64,000 nt of DNA, from NCBI RefSeq assembly GCF_008831285.2, contig NC_045138.2:25730001-25794000 (forward strand), given 5' to 3'. How positions within the stretch are numbered: position 1 is the first letter of the stretch; the number at the start of each line of letters is the position of its first letter. Below the pieces are notes generated by a model. It was not told the origin of the DNA, did no database searches, and was given only the letters and a program-made list of their open reading frames with translations. This document shows positions 1 to 11,131 of the stretch, piece by piece. A program made the translations under genes and the position numbers. The DNA is from Nymphaea colorata (taxonomy: Eukaryota).

Positions 1-557
1 GCCCCACTCATCTGTCCTGTTCTTGTGCTTCGGCAGCATGGGCGCCTTCCCAACCGAGCAGATTCACGAGATCGCGCGCGGGCTGGAACTCAGCGGCCAG
101 CGATTCCTGTGGTCGCTCCGGGTTCGTGGAGAGGACGAGAGAGCGCGGACTGGTCTGGCCGAAGTGGGCGCCCCAGGTCGCCATTCTCTCGCACTCGGCA
201 GTTGGTGGGTTCGTGTCGCATTGCGGATGGAACTCCACCCTCGAGAGCATGTGGTTCGGAGTGCCCATCATCGCTTGGCCTCTGTACGCAGAACAAGTGT
301 TGAACGCGTTTGAGTTGGTGAATGCCTTGGGAGTGGGATTAGCTCTGAACAGAGAAGGCGATGATGGCAGTAGTGGAATAGTCAGAGCAGAAGAACTGGA
401 GAGGGCTGTGAGGAGCTTGATGGAAGTTGATGAGGAAGGTGCGAAAGTTCGTGAGAAGATGAAGGAGATGAAGGAGTTGGGGAGGAAGGCTGTAGTAGAA
501 GGAGGGTCATCCTACCTCAATTTTGCAACTTTGGTCGGAAAGTGGACTACTGGCTGA
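1..557 (+). pseudogene. 3' part of a UGT71/88-like glycosyltransferase with a 74-bp frameshifting deletion (5' part outside window)
   Basis: FLCFGSMG...FLWSLRV in one frame, then [16 protein letters not shown]...HCGWNS...AEQ (PSPG) in another frame; near-identical to the 9689 gene but lacks its 10621-10694 segment. Confidence 0.85.
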
Positions 558-699
558 ATTAATTAACAGCAGTTCAATCTTGTAATCTTCCAGATCATAT
601 TGTACGAGAGATAACGTCATCCGTTTGCTGACGATAAAGGCAATTTGTTGGGACCATTTTCGAAAATGTGAAAACATCGACTACCAGATCATTCCCTTG

Positions 700-2700
700 G
701 GTGTTGCCTTAGTTGCTCTCATGCATAAGTGTTCATCGTCCCCTGTTACAACCATGTCATCAACTTACACTGTGACCACCTATGTTTCCTTTTGTGAATT
801 ACTAGATTATGGTCTGGAAAGCTCTGAGTGTAGCCCATCTTTATCAATTTGCTACTAAGTTTGGTAAACCACACTAATGGTGATTGTTTTAAGCAGTAGA
901 GTGACTTGTTTTGACTGTTTCTCTTACAGTCCTTGTAGTAATTCCATATAAATATCTTTTGAATTGCCATTTAGGAAGGTGTTTTTAGTATCTAGTTGAT
1001 ATAGTGATCACTTTTTCGCAGCTGCCGCAAATAAGAGAATTCTGATTGTAATCTTTGCAATTGGAACGAAGGTTTCATGGAAGTTTACTCCTTCTACCTG
1101 CATGTGCCCTTTGGCCACGAATTTGTCCTCAAATCTCTCTATTTCCTCGCAACTCTTGTATTTGATTTTGTAGGTCCACTAGCAAACTACTGCTCTTTTA
1201 CCTTGTTGCAATGGTACTATTTGATAGGTGTTATTTTCATCTACAGATTTGAGCTCCTCTCATAGACACTTACCATTCTGATTTTGTGTTTGCCTCAGAA
1301 AAGCTCTGAGGCTCTTTCTGAGAAACACACTTATCATGAAATTTGTTCTGAACTTTCTGGATGTCTTTGCGCCATAATTGAAGTCAGCTACCAAGTATTT
1401 TTCTTGATGCTTTCACATAATATGTCGGGAAATCTTTAAGCCGAGCTGGCAATTGACTCACTCTGGAGGACCGACGTAGTCGACCCTTGAGTGTTCTATT
1501 CGTCATTGCCATGAGCCGCGAGCGTATTCGGTTCTTGATAGCCGTGGGTTGTACTGTCTCCAATATTAGCATTTAATTCCAGTGTAGGAGAGCACTGAAT
1601 GACTGCACTAATTGTATTTAGTGCAGATGGAAGTGGGTACACCAATATATTGAATGCAGGGATAGGAATGTTTAATGCACGCATAGGAGGGTACTCTTCT
1701 ACTGACTGCACTAATTGTATTTAGTGCAGATGGAAGTGGGTACACCAATATATCGAATGCAGGCATTGGAATGATTAATGCACGCATAGGAGGGTACTCT
1801 TCTCTACGACTCTACCTAATGCAGGCATATGAAACAACACTGCTTTGTCCGACAAAATTATGTTTCTGTGCTTATACACCCCATTTTTTTGTGCACTTCC
1901 CGGGCATGTAGTTGATGTACCATGCCCTTTCCTTTAAGAAAGTTTTTCAAACTTCTCGTTCACAAATTCTACTAGTTCAGACACATCGTCCTCTAAGTTC
2001 TTAGTCCAATAGTTCGTTTTCTTGCTTCTTGCTGGTTTCTCATGAAGATTTCCGCGTTTATCTCTACTGTGTCACAATTTATTGCAATAAGTACATCTCA
2101 TCTTGGGTCTTCCACGATTACTACTGGTTCTTAGTGAGTGACCTCTGTTTGTCCAACATGAAACGCAATGGTTTCATGGTTCGACTATCTCTCTGTCTTC
2201 TCTTCAAGGTCATACTTGAATATCTTCCGTCGGGCATCTTCCCACTGGATCATAGCACAGATACTACTAAGTGATAGTCGTGGGTAGTTCATGAGAATAC
2301 AACTGCTAAGTGTATCCAACCCCTGGCCAAGGCCTGTAAGAAGTTTGAAAATTTGATCAATCTATATTCTTTGCCTCATGGTATCAATGTCAACAGTAGT
2401 CCGACAAATCTGACGGCATTGGGACAGTTCATCCCCCATTCCTTTCAGGTTACTCAAGTGGAGATGGAAAGGTTCCATACATTTAATGCTTTTGGCAATA
2501 TCTTGCTGCAACTGATATGCTCTTGTCAGACTATGTTTCTCTCTGTACATCTCCGCCAAGGAGTCCCAAAGTTCCTTGGCTGAACCTAGAAACAAGAATC
2601 CCTCCGCTTTTGCAGGTTCCATAGGGTTCAGCAGCCACGAGACTGGGGATTGAATGTACAGCAACCGAATGAAAGTTTAGTCTGCAATTAATTTTGAACT
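700..2700 (-). mobile_element. Old degraded Ty1/Copia internal region (gag and RT fragments)
   Basis: Minus-strand fragments SAKELWDSLAEMY (gag), FVAKGHMQVEGVNFHETF, LKQSPLVWFTKLS and a YVDD motif mutated to *VDDMVVTGDD at ~756-767; many stops and frameshifts; no LTRs recognised. Confidence 0.8.
1600..1805. repeat. Two tandem ~103-bp units, each with a CTGCACTAA/TTAGTGCAG inverted repeat
   Basis: tgactgcactaattgtatttagtgcag...ggagggtactcttct occurs at 1600 and 1703. Confidence 0.9.
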
Positions 2701-3228
2701 TGAGAATACAATCCTTAAATAGAGCCTGGTAGCTCTTTCTTAAATAAAACAACTATTCAGAATAACAACCTTGATACGAATATTATTAGTTTGTTTATTT
2801 TGTTACAGCAGAATTTTTCTGGATCTTTCTCTACACCTTAGCCATCTGCATAAACAATAAATTGCACATTGTACAAGTCGATAAACAGTAGTAAGAATTC
2901 CTTTCAAACACTACGTACTTAAAATAGTAGCTGGATCAGAATTCAGCCTTTACTTAGTCCTTCGTTTGACAACAATAACCAACGAATTCGCACCATGAGA
3001 ATTGTTGTTCTCCAAGGTCTCTTGTTTGTAGAGAGACCACTAAAACTACAACCAAGGCGATAAGAAAACCCCAGAGGCTCATCCAAGGTCACGGAGCAGC
3101 ACATAAGCTCACGCCCGCACCCATCAAGCATTTCTCGAGAACTGTGACAATTTGAGAACACTTAAAACAACATCAACGATTTGAGAACACCAAAAACAGC
3201 ATCAACAACAACATCTGAGAATTCTTGA

Positions 3229-3623
3229 TGTTAGGAACAACACAGAAAACTCTCCTCTCACACTCTCAAGAGGGGGTTAGAAGCAAGAAGGAAGAAGACA
3301 ACGATTTACGTGGTTCGGAGCAATAATCTCCTACGTCCACGGTTGCACAGATCTCTTGTATTCTCTCTCTTAGAAGAACACACAGACAGACACACAACAA
3401 CCGGCGGCCATCCTCAAAACATAAGGATTAGGGTAAACCCGCATTTGTACAAAATGACTTATATGCCCTTACATAAGGAAAATTTTCCATCAGGGGCTAA
3501 CGCCCCCGAACCCCCAAGCAAGGGGGCGCTGCTCCCCTGCAACCCCCAGCCAACTTACCGCGAAGTTGGATCCACGGTATTGCAAATGAGTGTCCAATAT
3601 GGATCAAGTTCAATACACCAACA
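3229..3623 (-). repeat. 3' LTR (395 bp)
   Basis: Matches 7599-7994 with about 10 substitutions and 1 indel by manual comparison; adjacent PPT AAGTGGGAGAT (minus strand) at 3624-3634. Confidence 0.95.
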
Positions 3624-3691
3624 ATCTCCCACTTGGAATTTGATCCATCCAAGTGCTTGTACATCATATACTCAACCTGTGCGATCATCAA

Positions 3692-6600
3692 TCAACCTTG
3701 GAGACCAACTGAGGTTAAACATAACCTCAACTTCTCAGCAGTCACTGGCTTTGTCAACATGTCTGCTGGATTCTCTGTTCCACGAATCTTTTCAAGAGAT
3801 AGTATCTTCTCTTCCAACAAATCTCTAATGAAATGATACTTCAATTCAATATGCTTTGTTCTAGCATGGAACACTGGATTGTTGGCTAAATGAATTGCAC
3901 TTTGACTGTCACAAGAGAGAACACTCTTATCTTCCTTTACATGCAATTCTTTTAGAATAGTCTTTAGCCAAATCATCTCTTTGCTGGCTTCTGTAACAGC
4001 AATATATTCAGCTTCTGTAGTAGACAGCGCAACAACCTTTTGAAGCTGTGAAACCCAACTAACACAGGTTCCTCCTAGGGTGTAAATGTACCCGGTAGTA
4101 CTTCTCCTACTTTCAAGATCACCACCCAAATCTGCATCCACAAAGCCATGCAAAAGTAATTCGTTTTTCTTAAAACAAAGGCTCATACCTGAAGTTCCTT
4201 TCAAGTAACGTAATATCCACTTCACAGCTTTCCAATGTTTCTTTCTAGGCTCAGCCATGTATCTGCTCACTGCTCCCATTGCTTGTGCTATGTCTGGTCT
4301 ACTGCATACCATAACATACATCAAGCTACCCACTGCTGAAGCATATGGAATCTTTGACATTTCTTCATGTTCTTCATCTGTCTTGGGTGACAAATCCTTG
4401 GACAGTTTGAAATGACTAGCAAGAAGCGTACTAACAGGTTTAGCATCTTGCATCTTAAACCTGCACAAGATCTTCTCAATATAATTTTGTTGAGACAAAT
4501 TTAATGTACATGTCTTACTGTCCCTACTAATTCTCATCCCAAGGATTTGTTTCGCAGCGCCTAGATCTTTCATTTCAAACTCCTTTGATCGTTGTTCTTT
4601 CAGAGAATTAATCTTTTACAAATTTGAGCCTGCAATAAGCATATCATCCACATATAATAGTAAAATGATATAACAACTATCAATGTTCTTAAAATAGCAA
4701 CAGTGATCCATATCACACTTCTTAAAAGCATTTCTCCCCATGAAGTTATCAAACTTTTTGTACCACTGTCTCGGTGCCGGCTTTAAACCATAGAGACTCT
4801 TCTCTAACTTGCATACAAGACTTTCTTTTCCTAATACTTGAAAGCCTTCAGGTTGCACCATATAAATATCTTCCTCCAAATCCCCATGAAGGAATGCAGT
4901 CTTTACATCTAGTTGCTCTAAATATAAATTTTCAGCTGCAACTAAACTCAATACCAATCTTATAGTAGTTAGTTTTAAAACAGGAGAGAAAATTTCTGTA
5001 TAATCTATACCTTCTTTCTGTTGAAAACCTTTCACTACTAACCTTGATTTGTACATTTTCCATGCTTCTTCTTTAATCCTATATACCCATTTGTTTTGCA
5101 ATGCCTTCTTCCCACAAGGAAGCTCAGTTAATGTCCATGTTCTGTTAGCATGTAGAGAGTCCATCTCCTCTTTCATAGCTAACTCCCACTTAACAGAATC
5201 TGTAACCTTCATTGCTTCATCAAAACACTCGGGTTCTCCAGCATCAGTTAACAACAAGTAATGTAAGTAAGGAGAATACCTTCGATTTGGTTTTGGCCTT
5301 CTGCTTGATCTCCTTAATGGAGGTTTGGATGTGCTTGCTTCTTGTTCTATCTAACTGTTTCCATTTTGACTCTTAATTGCAACATCATCTTCAGAGACAT
5401 CTTGAAGTTCTACAATGTCTTCACTTGTGTCATGATGTTCATTTTTCTCAGACATAAAACTATCCTTGTCTTTGTACAGAGCCATCTCATTAAACATTAC
5501 ATCATTATGTCTAATAATTTTCTTTTCTTTATCATCCCAAAAGCGATACCCAAACTCATCATTTCCATAACCAATGAAATAACATTTCCTGGACTTAGGA
5601 TCTAATTTATCCCTTTTATCCGAGTCTATATGTATGTAAGAAACACAACCGAAGACTCTTAAGTGTGCAAGATTTACCTCCTGGCCGGTCCAGGCTTCTT
5701 CAGGTATTCCATAGTCCAAAGGAACAGAAGGCCCACGATTTATCAAGTATGAAGCTGTACTGATTGCATCCGCCCAAAACATCTTTGGTAAACCTGAATG
5801 CAGTCTCATGCTTCTTGCTCTTTCACAAAGGGTTCTGTTCATTCTTTCAGCAACCACATTTTGTCGTGGCTTTTTAGGGACCGTTCTTTGTGTTCGAATC
5901 CCATGATCTGCACAAAAATTTTTAAACTCTTTGATGTCATACTCACCTCCATTATCTGACCGCAGACATTTAATCTTCTTTCCGATCTGATTTTCTACTT
6001 CTGCTTTTCACTTTTTGAAAACAGTAAACACGTCAGATTTATATTTGAGAAAGTAAACCCATATCTTCCTTGTACAATCATCAATGAATGTGACATAGTA
6101 TAGGGATCCTCCAAGAGAACGAACTGGAGCTAGTCTCCAAACATCAGTATGCACCAACTCTAGCTTTTCCTTCTTTGGAGGCCGTCCAACTTTGGAGAAA
6201 GTGACCATTTTCTGTTTTCCGAAAACACAGTCTTCACATAGCCCAATGTCTACAGATTTCAAGTCATGCAACTTGTTATTTGTTGTCATGATCTTCATTC
6301 CCTTCTCACTCATATGCCCAAGCCTGTAATGCCACAACAATTATTTATTATCACATTTCGCCACAGCCACTGTGTCTTTCACATCTGCAGTCATGTACAA
6401 AGTGCCAAGTTTGTGACCTCGTGCTATAACCATAACACCTTTGGTTATCTTCCAAGATCCGCCAACAAAGGTAGTAACATAGCCTTCGTCGTCTAACTGT
6501 CCGACCGAGATGAGATTCCTCTTCAACCCTGGGACATGTCTGACATCTTTTAACTTCCATACATGCCCATTCTCCATTTTAATGTGAACCTCACATTTCC

Positions 6601-7561
6601 CTACAATATCCAGAGGTTCATCAACTGCAAGGTATACTCTACCAAATTTTCCTGCAACATAGTTATGCATACTTTCATTAGAATACGTTGAATGGAAAGA
6701 TGCGCCAGAGTCTAAAATCCAAGACTCTATAGAGCTGTGTACACTCAAGGCAAGTGCATCAGCTATATCTTCTGTTGCTGCATTTGCTGAATCATCTTCA
6801 CGATTTGGGTTCTTCTTCTTCAACAACCTGCAATCTCTTTTCCAGTGTCCTGGCTTACCACAGTTCCAACAGCCATCACTTCGAAGTTTGGATTGACTCT
6901 TTCCCTTAGATTTGGACCTTCCACGCTCTTGGTAGCGTTGATTAGTTCTGCCCCTATTTTGAACATTTAGGGCAGAACCGAGGGGCTCTCCTGCCTCTCT
7001 TCTGCGAATGTCCTCACTAAGTATTAAATCTCGAACACCACTGAACTTCAATTTGTTTGACCCTGATGAGCTACTCACGGCGGTCACAGTGGCACTCCAA
7101 CTCTCCGATAGAGATGACAGTAAAATTAAGGCTTGAACCTCATCATCAAACTTAATATCGATAGAACATAATTGAGAAGTAATAACATTGAACTCATTTA
7201 TGTGATCCGTAACAGAGGCACCTTCAGTCATTTTCAAATTAAATAATCGACGCATCAGATATACCTTATTCGAAGCAGAGGGTTTTTCGTACATATCTGT
7301 TAGCGTCTTCATCAGACTTGCTGTCGTCTTCTCGTTAACAATGTTGAAGGCGACGTTTCTGGCCAGTGTCAACCGGATGACTCCAAGGGCTTGTCTATCC
7401 AGTAACTGCCAATCTGCATCAGCCATTGTTGCAGGTTTCGCTCCCATGAGTGGTTCATGCAGTTTCTTCTGATACAAGTAGTCCTCGATCTGCATCTTCC
7501 AGAATCCGAAGTCTTTACCGTCGAACTTCTCGATTCTGACCTTTCCTTCTTCCAGCGCCAT
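3692..7561 (-). pseudogene. Copia gag-pol polyprotein in a single frame with four in-frame stops
   Basis: IEKFDGKDFGFWKMQIE (gag), CWNCGKPGHWKRDC zinc knuckle, WILDSGAS protease, WHYRLGH/HTDVW integrase, LLLYVDDMLI RT, NPADMLTK RNase H; stops at 6341, 6008, 5351 and 4616 all in the same frame. Confidence 0.95.
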
Positions 7562-7578
7562 TGTTCCTACCTCGAACG

Positions 7579-7596
7579 AACCTGGCTCTGATACCA
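7579..7596 (-). other. Primer binding site (tRNA-iMet)
   Basis: Minus strand reads TGGTATCAGAGCCAGGTT, 2 nt inside the 5' LTR boundary. Confidence 0.93.
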
Positions 7597-7598
7597 GT

Positions 7599-7994
7599 TG
7601 TTAGGAACAACACAGAAAACTCTCCTCTCACACTCTCAAGAGGGGGTTAGAAGCAACAAGGAAGAAGACAACGATTTACGTGGTTCGGAGCAATAATCTC
7701 ATACGTCCACGGTCGCACAGATCTCTTGTATTCTCTCTCTTAGAAGAACACACAGACAGACACACAACAACCGGCGGCCATCCTCAAAACATAAGGATTA
7801 GGGCAAACCCGCATTTGTACAAAATGACTTATATGTCCTTACATAAGGAAAATTTTCCATCGGGGGCTAATGCCCCCGAACCCCCAAGCAAGGGGGCGCT
7901 GCCCCCCTTGCAACCCCCAGCCAACTTATCGCGAAGTTGGATCCACGGTATTGCAAATGAGTGTCCAATATGGATCAAGTTCCATACACCAACA
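7599..7994 (-). repeat. 5' LTR (396 bp)
   Basis: Direct repeat of 3229-3623, bounded by TG...CA and followed by TSD CTTGA. Confidence 0.95.
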
Positions 7995-9688
7995 CTTGAA
8001 TGCCTTCAGCAAATTCCGATGCAAAGCATTGGAGTATATAATACAAGCACGACATCGCATCCTGGGATTGCTGCATGACATCTGGTGATGGCCTTTCAGA
8101 CTGGAACCATCTTCTAGTGCCTTGAGAAATCCATTTCGACTCATATGTCGGAGCACGCCTCTTCCCCGCAACAATTCCGACAGTCCAAGCGAGAATTCAA
8201 CTCCAGGGTGCCTAATCATAGAAAATGATATTCAAACTACACTGTGGACCGCCTGCCTGCAACACGATATTCTCCACAGAGCAACTAAGCCTCTGCTGCC
8301 TGTAAGAGGGGAAGAGAGAGAAGAGGAAAAGAGAAGATGGGGGAGAGGGTACGAGAGAGATAAAAGTTCCGGCTTGGGAAAGCGAAAGAGGGGCAAACCT
8401 ATTTCCGGCGACCACTGCACCGGCGAGAGGGCAGAGGGGGCAGAAAGGGAGAGAGGGAGGGATCTGCAAAAACTTTTGAACGGGGCCCTCTCTGCCCCTT
8501 ATGCCCTTAAACTTATATTGCTCGTATAGTCGTATTGCCTTTTTCTGTTTTATAAATTTAGTAATTGATGTTCAAACAAAAATAAAAAAAAAATACAAAG
8601 AAAAATATAATATTTCATAAACGTGCTTCAAATGTTCCCATTGCCAAACGTAGAAAAGCACATGTTTATTGAAGGAGAAGAGAAGGGTTCACGCCCTCCC
8701 AAATGCTCCTGGGTTAACATGAGTATCCGTCCTTAAATTTTTATTTAGGATAGCAACGAAGATATATACTTTTCTGAGTCCTCCAAATCTTAATGCCACC
8801 AATCTAATTTAGATGGTTCCAAACCCATAAATTAATGGATGACCAAGTTCACTTTAACGTTCATATGGAGTTTTGCGCAGGTCCAATTACATCCAGTACT
8901 CATTGGAAATTTGTGAACTTTTTCAAGTAATAGAAGTACTCTCGCTTACACAAAAAAGTATTTGATCATCAAAGCATAAGAATATCCTCTGAAGTCATCA
9001 AAATCAACTTTGAACGATTTATGATCTTTAGAACACAATTGCCAAGCTATTTTAGATTCAACTTGCACCAGAGAGTTGAATCGTTGATGCCCAAAATCAT
9101 TGAGCAATAAAACCTGAACATGGCAGCAAAAAAAGGTATCAGGTAATTGTTTGTGTTCTCCATATTTCGTTGATGTTTCTAGCCATGACATCCAACCAAC
9201 GTCATTAGTGACCACAAAAGAAAAAGAACGATTTTCATCTGCCATATTTTTTCTTGCTAAATAGAAACTAAGTTCGAGTAACTCGACCTGCGCTCCAAGA
9301 AAACGGCGGGGAAAAATTTTCCGCTTCTTCCCGCTATGAATTCGTCATCCATGACCTCATCCGTCGACACAGACGTATGAAATATTCGTGTCCTTCTTAT
9401 AATAGTGCTCTAATTTATGTGATCGCATTGACTGGAAGAATGGATGCGCCGCCGACCAACAAGAGATGACAGCTATCTGAAAGGCATAAATGAAAGGATG
9501 AATACTTGTAATATTTTTATGAGGTAATACTAATGAAAAACTTGATAAACTATTTTTCCTTTGCTAGAAGACCCGTCCCTTCGAGTGATCCAAGTTGCGG
9601 CCCGACGTCTTTAAGACGCCACTTTCCAACCACATCCTCGACTGAAGCGCATCCTACCAGAGGGAGCGAGCGAGAGAGAGGAGAGACG

Positions 9689-11131
9689 ATGATGAAGGGG
9701 AGGGTGGTACTCTTTCCGACACCAGGAGCAGGGCACCTAGTCTCCATGATCGAGCTGGCAAAGCAGATTCTGCATCACACCCACAACTTATCCATCACCA
9801 TTCTCGTCGTCCAACCTCCCTCCTCCGCTCCTTTTGCCCCTTCCTCCGTCATCTCCCAACACCAAGATGCGGTGGCAGCCTCCGGCCTCGACATCAATTT
9901 CATGGAGCTTCCCCAAGTTGCTCCTCCTGAAGTCGAAGGCCGGACGAGCTACCTAGCCTACATGGACAACCATAAGCCCGTTGTCTCCGAGGCACTCGCG
10001 GCGCTCCAGCAAACCACCATCATCCCTGCCTTTATCGCCGACATGTTCTGCATCTCGTCGACGACTGCTTCTGTGGAGCTCGGCATCCCCACCTTCGTCT
10101 TCTTCACATCCGGAGCTACCACGCTTTGCCTCTTCCTTTACTTGCCGGAGATGGATCGAAGGTATGAACAGGACTTCAAAGACGTGACCGAGGCATTCGA
10201 GTTTCCCGGCTCGGTACAGCCGCTGCCTCTATCTGCCATGCCGAGTGTTTTGCAGACGAAGAAGGAAGAACCCTATCAGTGGTTCATGCGAAACGCCCAT
10301 CTGTATTGTGGATTGGATGGAATACTGGTGAACACCTTCAACGAGTTGCAGCCACGAGCTATCGAGGCCTTCGCCGATGGACTCTGCTGCCCTGGAGCCC
10401 GAGCCCCGCCCGTGTATCCGGTCGGTCCATTGCTGAGTTTGGGCGCCGAGTCCGACTCGAACGACCACGATTGCATCAAGTGGCTCGACCAGCAGCCCCA
10501 CTCATCCATCCTGTTCTTGTGCTTCGGCAGCATGGGCGCCTTCCCAACCGAGCAGATTCACGAGATCTCTCGCGGGTTGGAACTCAGCGGCCAGCGATTC
10601 CTGTGGTCGATCCGGGTTCGGCCGAGCGAGCCGGGGCCTGGCTTTGTGGGTCTCTGTGATGCAGATTTGGACGAGGTGCTGCCGGATGGGTTCGTGGAGA
10701 GGACGAGAGAGCGCGGTCTGGTTTGGCCAAAGTGGGTGCCGCAGGTCGCCATTCTCTCGCACCCAGCGGTCGGTGGATTCGTGTCCCACTGTGGATGGAA
10801 CTCGACCCTCGAGAGCATGTGGTTCGGCGTGCCCATGATCGCTTGGCCTCTGTACGCAGAACAGGGGATGAACGCGTTTGAGTTGGTGGACGTCTTGGGA
10901 GTGGGATTAGCGCTGAACAGAGAAGACGGCGATGGCAGTAATGGGATGGTGAGAGCAGAGGAACTGGAGAGGGCGGCGAGGAGCTTGATAGAAGGTGAAG
11001 AAGGTAGAAAGGTCAGGGAGAAGATGAAGGAGATGCAAGAGTTGGGGAGGAAAGCTGTAGAGGAAGGAGGGTCGTCCTACCTCAATTTGGCGACGTTGGT
11101 CGAAATCTGGTCTACCGGCGGCATTCGGTAA
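9689..11131 (+). CDS. UDP-glycosyltransferase, group E (UGT71/UGT88-like), ~480 aa, intronless
   Basis: MMKGRVVLFPTPGAGHL (catalytic His), ADMFC (catalytic Asp), PSPG box WVPQ...HCGWNS...AEQ, GGSS C-terminus; start chosen by alignment with paralogs. Confidence 0.95.
   Translation: MMKGRVVLFPTPGAGHLVSMIELAKQILHHTHNLSITILVVQPPSSAPFAPSSVISQHQDAVAASGLDINFMELPQVAPPEVEGRTSYLAYMDNHKPVVSEALAALQQTTIIPAFIADMFCISSTTASVELGIPTFVFFTSGATTLCLFLYLPEMDRRYEQDFKDVTEAFEFPGSVQPLPLSAMPSVLQTKKEEPYQWFMRNAHLYCGLDGILVNTFNELQPRAIEAFADGLCCPGARAPPVYPVGPLLSLGAESDSNDHDCIKWLDQQPHSSILFLCFGSMGAFPTEQIHEISRGLELSGQRFLWSIRVRPSEPGPGFVGLCDADLDEVLPDGFVERTRERGLVWPKWVPQVAILSHPAVGGFVSHCGWNSTLESMWFGVPMIAWPLYAEQGMNAFELVDVLGVGLALNREDGDGSNGMVRAEELERAARSLIEGEEGRKVREKMKEMQELGRKAVEEGGSSYLNLATLVEIWSTGGIR

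Larger units (their letters stand above)
3229..7994 (-). mobile_element. Full-length Ty1/Copia LTR retrotransposon (Tnt1/Tork-like), inactivated
   Basis: TG...CA LTRs at 3229-3623 and 7599-7994; TSD CTTGA at 3224-3228 and 7995-7999; PBS complementary to tRNA-iMet; PPT; gag-PR-IN-RT-RH order. Confidence 0.97.

Noticed and set aside
3310..3828. 172-aa and 132-aa plus-strand ORFs in the LTRs
   Set aside because: Antisense to the element, non-ATG start, and the frames diverge between the two LTRs
639..8539. Possible MULE ends (GGCAAT...ATTGCC) enclosing the retroelements
   Set aside because: No extended TIR similarity and no 9-bp TSD
9533..9688. N-terminal extensions of UGT ORFs in the track (also 41001-41135 and 47008-47064)
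   Set aside because: Paralogs align from the downstream Met; the extensions look like 5' UTR
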